From the NCBI GenBank assembly GCA_964442285.1, contig CAYTZH010000010.1, positions 33,516 to 97,515 on the forward strand: 64,000 bases of DNA, read 5' to 3'. The notes beneath the pieces are model-generated. The model had not been told where the DNA came from and made no database searches. It saw only the letters and a list, made by a program, of their open reading frames with translations. Position 1 is the stretch's first letter. The number at the start of each line of letters is the position of its first letter. Shown piece after piece: positions 61,550-64,000 of the stretch. The position numbers and the translations under genes were made by a program. Source of the stretch: an uncultured Spirochaetales bacterium. Its GTDB lineage: Bacteria > Myxococcota_A > UBA9160 > JAFDET01.

Positions 61550-64000
61550 ATGGCTCGCCGGCCCACGTCCGCGCGTCTCGCATCCGCCTTCCTGTCCTGC
61601 CTGGTCGCCCTGGGGGCCAGCCTCCTGCTCGCCTGTGCCAGCGACGAGGAGCGGCTGCAGGAGCACCTCGCGCAGGGCGACAGCTACCGCGAGGAGGAGA
61701 AGTACGCCGAGGCGATCATCGAGTACAAGAACGTGCTCAAGATCGACCCGAACAACGCCCAGGCGCACTTCGGTCTGGCCGACGCCTTCTTGCGCACGAG
61801 CCGCCTGCGCCAGGGTTACTGGGAGCTGCGGGAGGCGGTGCGGCTCGATCCCAGCAACGCGGCCGCCCGCCTGCAGTACGGGCACCTCTCCCGGCTCGCG
61901 GGTGAGCTGGAGGAGGCCCTCGCCCAGGCGGATGCGGTGATCGAGATCGATCCGGACAGACCGGCGGCCTATCTGCTGCGGGGGCAGTCCCTCGACGGGC
62001 TGAAGCGCTACGACGAGGCGCAGATCAGCTACGAGGAGGCGGTCGAGCGCTTTCCCGAGGATCCCGCGCCGCTGCTGCTCCTCGCGAACTTCCATCTTCG
62101 CCAGGGCGACCCGGAGCTGGCGGAGCCCTTGTTCCGCAAGCTCACCGAGGTCGAGCCCAGCTTCAACTCCTGGGCGGCGCTCGCCGGATTCCTGGCCCGG
62201 GAGAACCGGGACGAGGAGGCCGAGGCGGCCTATCGGAAGGCGCAGGAGCTCGCCGACGAGGAACAGGTGAGCATCAGCCACCGGGTGCTCGCGAGCTTCT
62301 ACTACGCCCGCGAGCGCTTCGACGAGGCGGAGTCCGTCCTCCAGGCCGCGCTCGAGAAGCGCCCGGGCGACCTGGACCTGATCTACGTGCTGGCCCGCTT
62401 CTACGCCGCCCGGGGCGAGTCCGACCGGGCCGACGCCATGATCGAGGAGGCCACCCGCGCGCAGCCGGACGACGTGCGTCCCTATCTGGTCCTCTCCGCG
62501 TACCGCGGGCGCCAGAACGACCTGCCGGGGGCGTTGGCGGCGGCCGAGCAGGCCCTGGACGTGGATCCCGAGAGCCGCCCGGCGAAGCTCCGCAAGGCCG
62601 AGCTGCTGCTGGACATCGGCTACCGCAACGATGACACCGCCAAGATCGCCCAGGGTCGGAGCATCGTGAACGCGGTGCTGTCGAAGGACCCGTCGAGTCC
62701 GGAGGCCCTGTTCGTCCGCGCCAAGACCCACCTCGCGGAGGCGGCACCCGCCGAGGCGATCACGGACCTGCGGCGCGCGATCGACCTCAAGCCGGACTGG
62801 GCCGAGGCCCACTACATGCTGGGCTCCGCCCTCTTCGTCCAGCGCGATCTGAATGCGGCCCGGGTCGAGGTGGCGCGCGCCCTCGAGATCGACGGTCAGA
62901 TGGTGGAGGCGCGCAAGATCCTGGCCCGGATCCACGCCGCCCTCGGCGATCACGAGCTCGCGGTGGAGGCAGCGGACAAGGTCCTGGAGCAGCAGGAAGA
63001 CCTGACGACCCGCCTGCTGGTGGCCCAGTCGCTGGTCCGACTCGGCCGCAACGACGAGGCCAAGGAGATCCTCGAGTCCATCCCGGCCGGGGAGCAGAGC
63101 GGGGAGACCCTCTATGCCCTCGGCCGCATCCAGGTCATCGAGGGCGATGCGGTGAAGGCGCGCGACTACTTCGAGCGCGCCAACGCGGCGCTCCCGCACC
63201 AGGCCGACATCCTCGACGCCCTGCTGCAGCTCGATCTGCGGGAGCGGCGGGCGGAGGAGTCCCTGAACCGCATCTCCGCCGCGGTGGAGGCGCAGCCCGA
63301 GGCCTCGAAGCTCAAGCATCTCCAGGGGCTCACCTACCTGGTGCTGGGCCGGGGCAGCGATGCGGAGAATGCGTTCCGGAGGGCGATCGAGCTGGATCCC
63401 AACGCGCTGGCGGCCTACCAGAGCCTGGCCCAGTACCTGGCCCGGAGCGGCCGGCGCGAGGAGGTGCTGGCCACCTACGAGAAGGCGGCCGCCCAGCGGC
63501 CCGACGCCGCGGGCCTCCAGCTGGTGATGGGCTCGCTCTACGAGGCCTACGGCGACACCGACAAGGCCGTGGAGCACTACGAGAAGGCCATCGCGATCGA
63601 CCCGAACCTGGCCCCGGCCAAGAACAACATGGCCTACATCCTGGCGGAGTCCGAGACCAACCTGGATCGGGCGCTCGACCTGGCCCAGGAGGCCAAGCGC
63701 CTGCTGCCGGACAACGGCCACGTCGCCGACACGCTCGGGTGGGTGCTCTACAAGAAGGGCGTGCCCCAGGCGGCCCTGGGCTACCTGAAGGAGGCGGAGA
63801 GCCTGTTCCGACCGGACGACCCGAACCTGGGCGTGGTCCGCCATCACCTGGCGCTGGCCTACGAGGCCAACGGGGAGCCCGAGCGCGCGCGGGAGGCGCT
63901 GGAGAAGGGCATCGCCGACGTCGAGGCGCTGCGGAATGCCTACCGGGATCGGACCGGGCAGGAGCCCGGAAAGCCCGCCTGGCTGACCGAGATGCAGACC
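61550..64000 (+). CDS. prsT: PEP-CTERM-system TPR-repeat lipoprotein (PrsT-like); 3' end runs off the window
   Basis: Not in the ORF track because there is no stop in the window. My translation from ATG 61550 (RBS GGAGG) gives MARRPTSARLASAFLSCLVALGASLLLACASDEERLQEHLAQGDSYREEEKYAEAIIEYKNVLKIDPNNAQAHFGLADAFL. TPR units continue for all 817 open codons to 64000. The lipobox is LLLAC. The listed ORF 61364..63847(-) is its antisense shadow. Confidence 0.85.
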   Translation, partial: MARRPTSARLASAFLSCLVALGASLLLACASDEERLQEHLAQGDSYREEEKYAEAIIEYKNVLKIDPNNAQAHFGLADAFLRTSRLRQGYWELREAVRLDPSNAAARLQYGHLSRLAGELEEALAQADAVIEIDPDRPAAYLLRGQSLDGLKRYDEAQISYEEAVERFPEDPAPLLLLANFHLRQGDPELAEPLFRKLTEVEPSFNSWAALAGFLARENRDEEAEAAYRKAQELADEEQVSISHRVLASFYYARERFDEAESVLQAALEKRPGDLDLIYVLARFYAARGESDRADAMIEEATRAQPDDVRPYLVLSAYRGRQNDLPGALAAAEQALDVDPESRPAKLRKAELLLDIGYRNDDTAKIAQGRSIVNAVLSKDPSSPEALFVRAKTHLAEAAPAEAITDLRRAIDLKPDWAEAHYMLGSALFVQRDLNAARVEVARALEIDGQMVEARKILARIHAALGDHELAVEAADKVLEQQEDLTTRLLVAQSLVRLGRNDEAKEILESIPAGEQSGETLYALGRIQVIEGDAVKARDYFERANAALPHQADILDALLQLDLRERRAEESLNRISAAVEAQPEASKLKHLQGLTYLVLGRGSDAENAFRRAIELDPNALAAYQSLAQYLARSGRREEVLATYEKAAAQRPDAAGLQLVMGSLYEAYGDTDKAVEHYEKAIAIDPNLAPAKNNMAYILAESETNLDRALDLAQEAKRLLPDNGHVADTLGWVLYKKGVPQAALGYLKEAESLFRPDDPNLGVVRHHLALAYEANGEPERAREALEKGIADVEALRNAYRDRTGQEPGKPAWLTEMQT

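Overview
High-GC bacterial chromosomal segment: hand-counted lines give about 72-77% GC in most genes and 52-65% in one cassette. The whole window is one large exopolysaccharide (EPS) biosynthesis, modification and export locus of the exosortase-A (XrtA)/PEP-CTERM type. I support about 53 protein-coding genes. Two of them are absent from the supplied ORF track because they run off the window edges: a carbamoyltransferase at 1..1581(-) and a PrsT-like TPR lipoprotein at 61550..64000(+).

Core system genes:
- xrtA-epsI at 39903..41473(-).
- A plus-strand export operon at 46710..53761: Wza-like exporter, beta-barrel OMP, chain-length determinant, ExeA-like ATPase, BY-kinase and WecA-like initiating transferase.
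- Sugar-nucleotide genes: gmd, an epimerase, ugd, manC, manA, wecB and an fcl-like gene.
- A Wzx-like flippase, a Wzy-like polymerase, and GT4, GT11 and CgeB-like glycosyltransferases.
- A regulatory block: Crp/Fnr regulator, a soluble PAS histidine kinase, two sigma54-dependent response regulators, and prsT.

Unusual content:
- Three carbamoyltransferase paralogs. One forms an SxtJ-like/carbamoyltransferase/SxtK(DUF5989)-like triad directly upstream of xrtA in the same predicted sigma54-driven operon.
- Five SGNH/GDSL-type paralogs.
- A LarA-like (DUF2088) protein.
- An ATP-grasp ligase coupled to the XrtA-type polysaccharide deacetylase.
- A tightly coupled DUF362 / bi-domain oxidoreductase / CapK-like ligase / 882-aa TPR protein block downstream of epsI.
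- Two divergent promoters sharing GGCACG-N4-TCGCAAA.

I found no rRNA, tRNA, CRISPR array, transposase or integrase, and no PEP-CTERM substrate gene. Most very long ORFs in the track are Arg/Pro/Gly/Ala-rich shadows typical of high-GC DNA. All family assignments come from reading motifs by eye; no database search was run.
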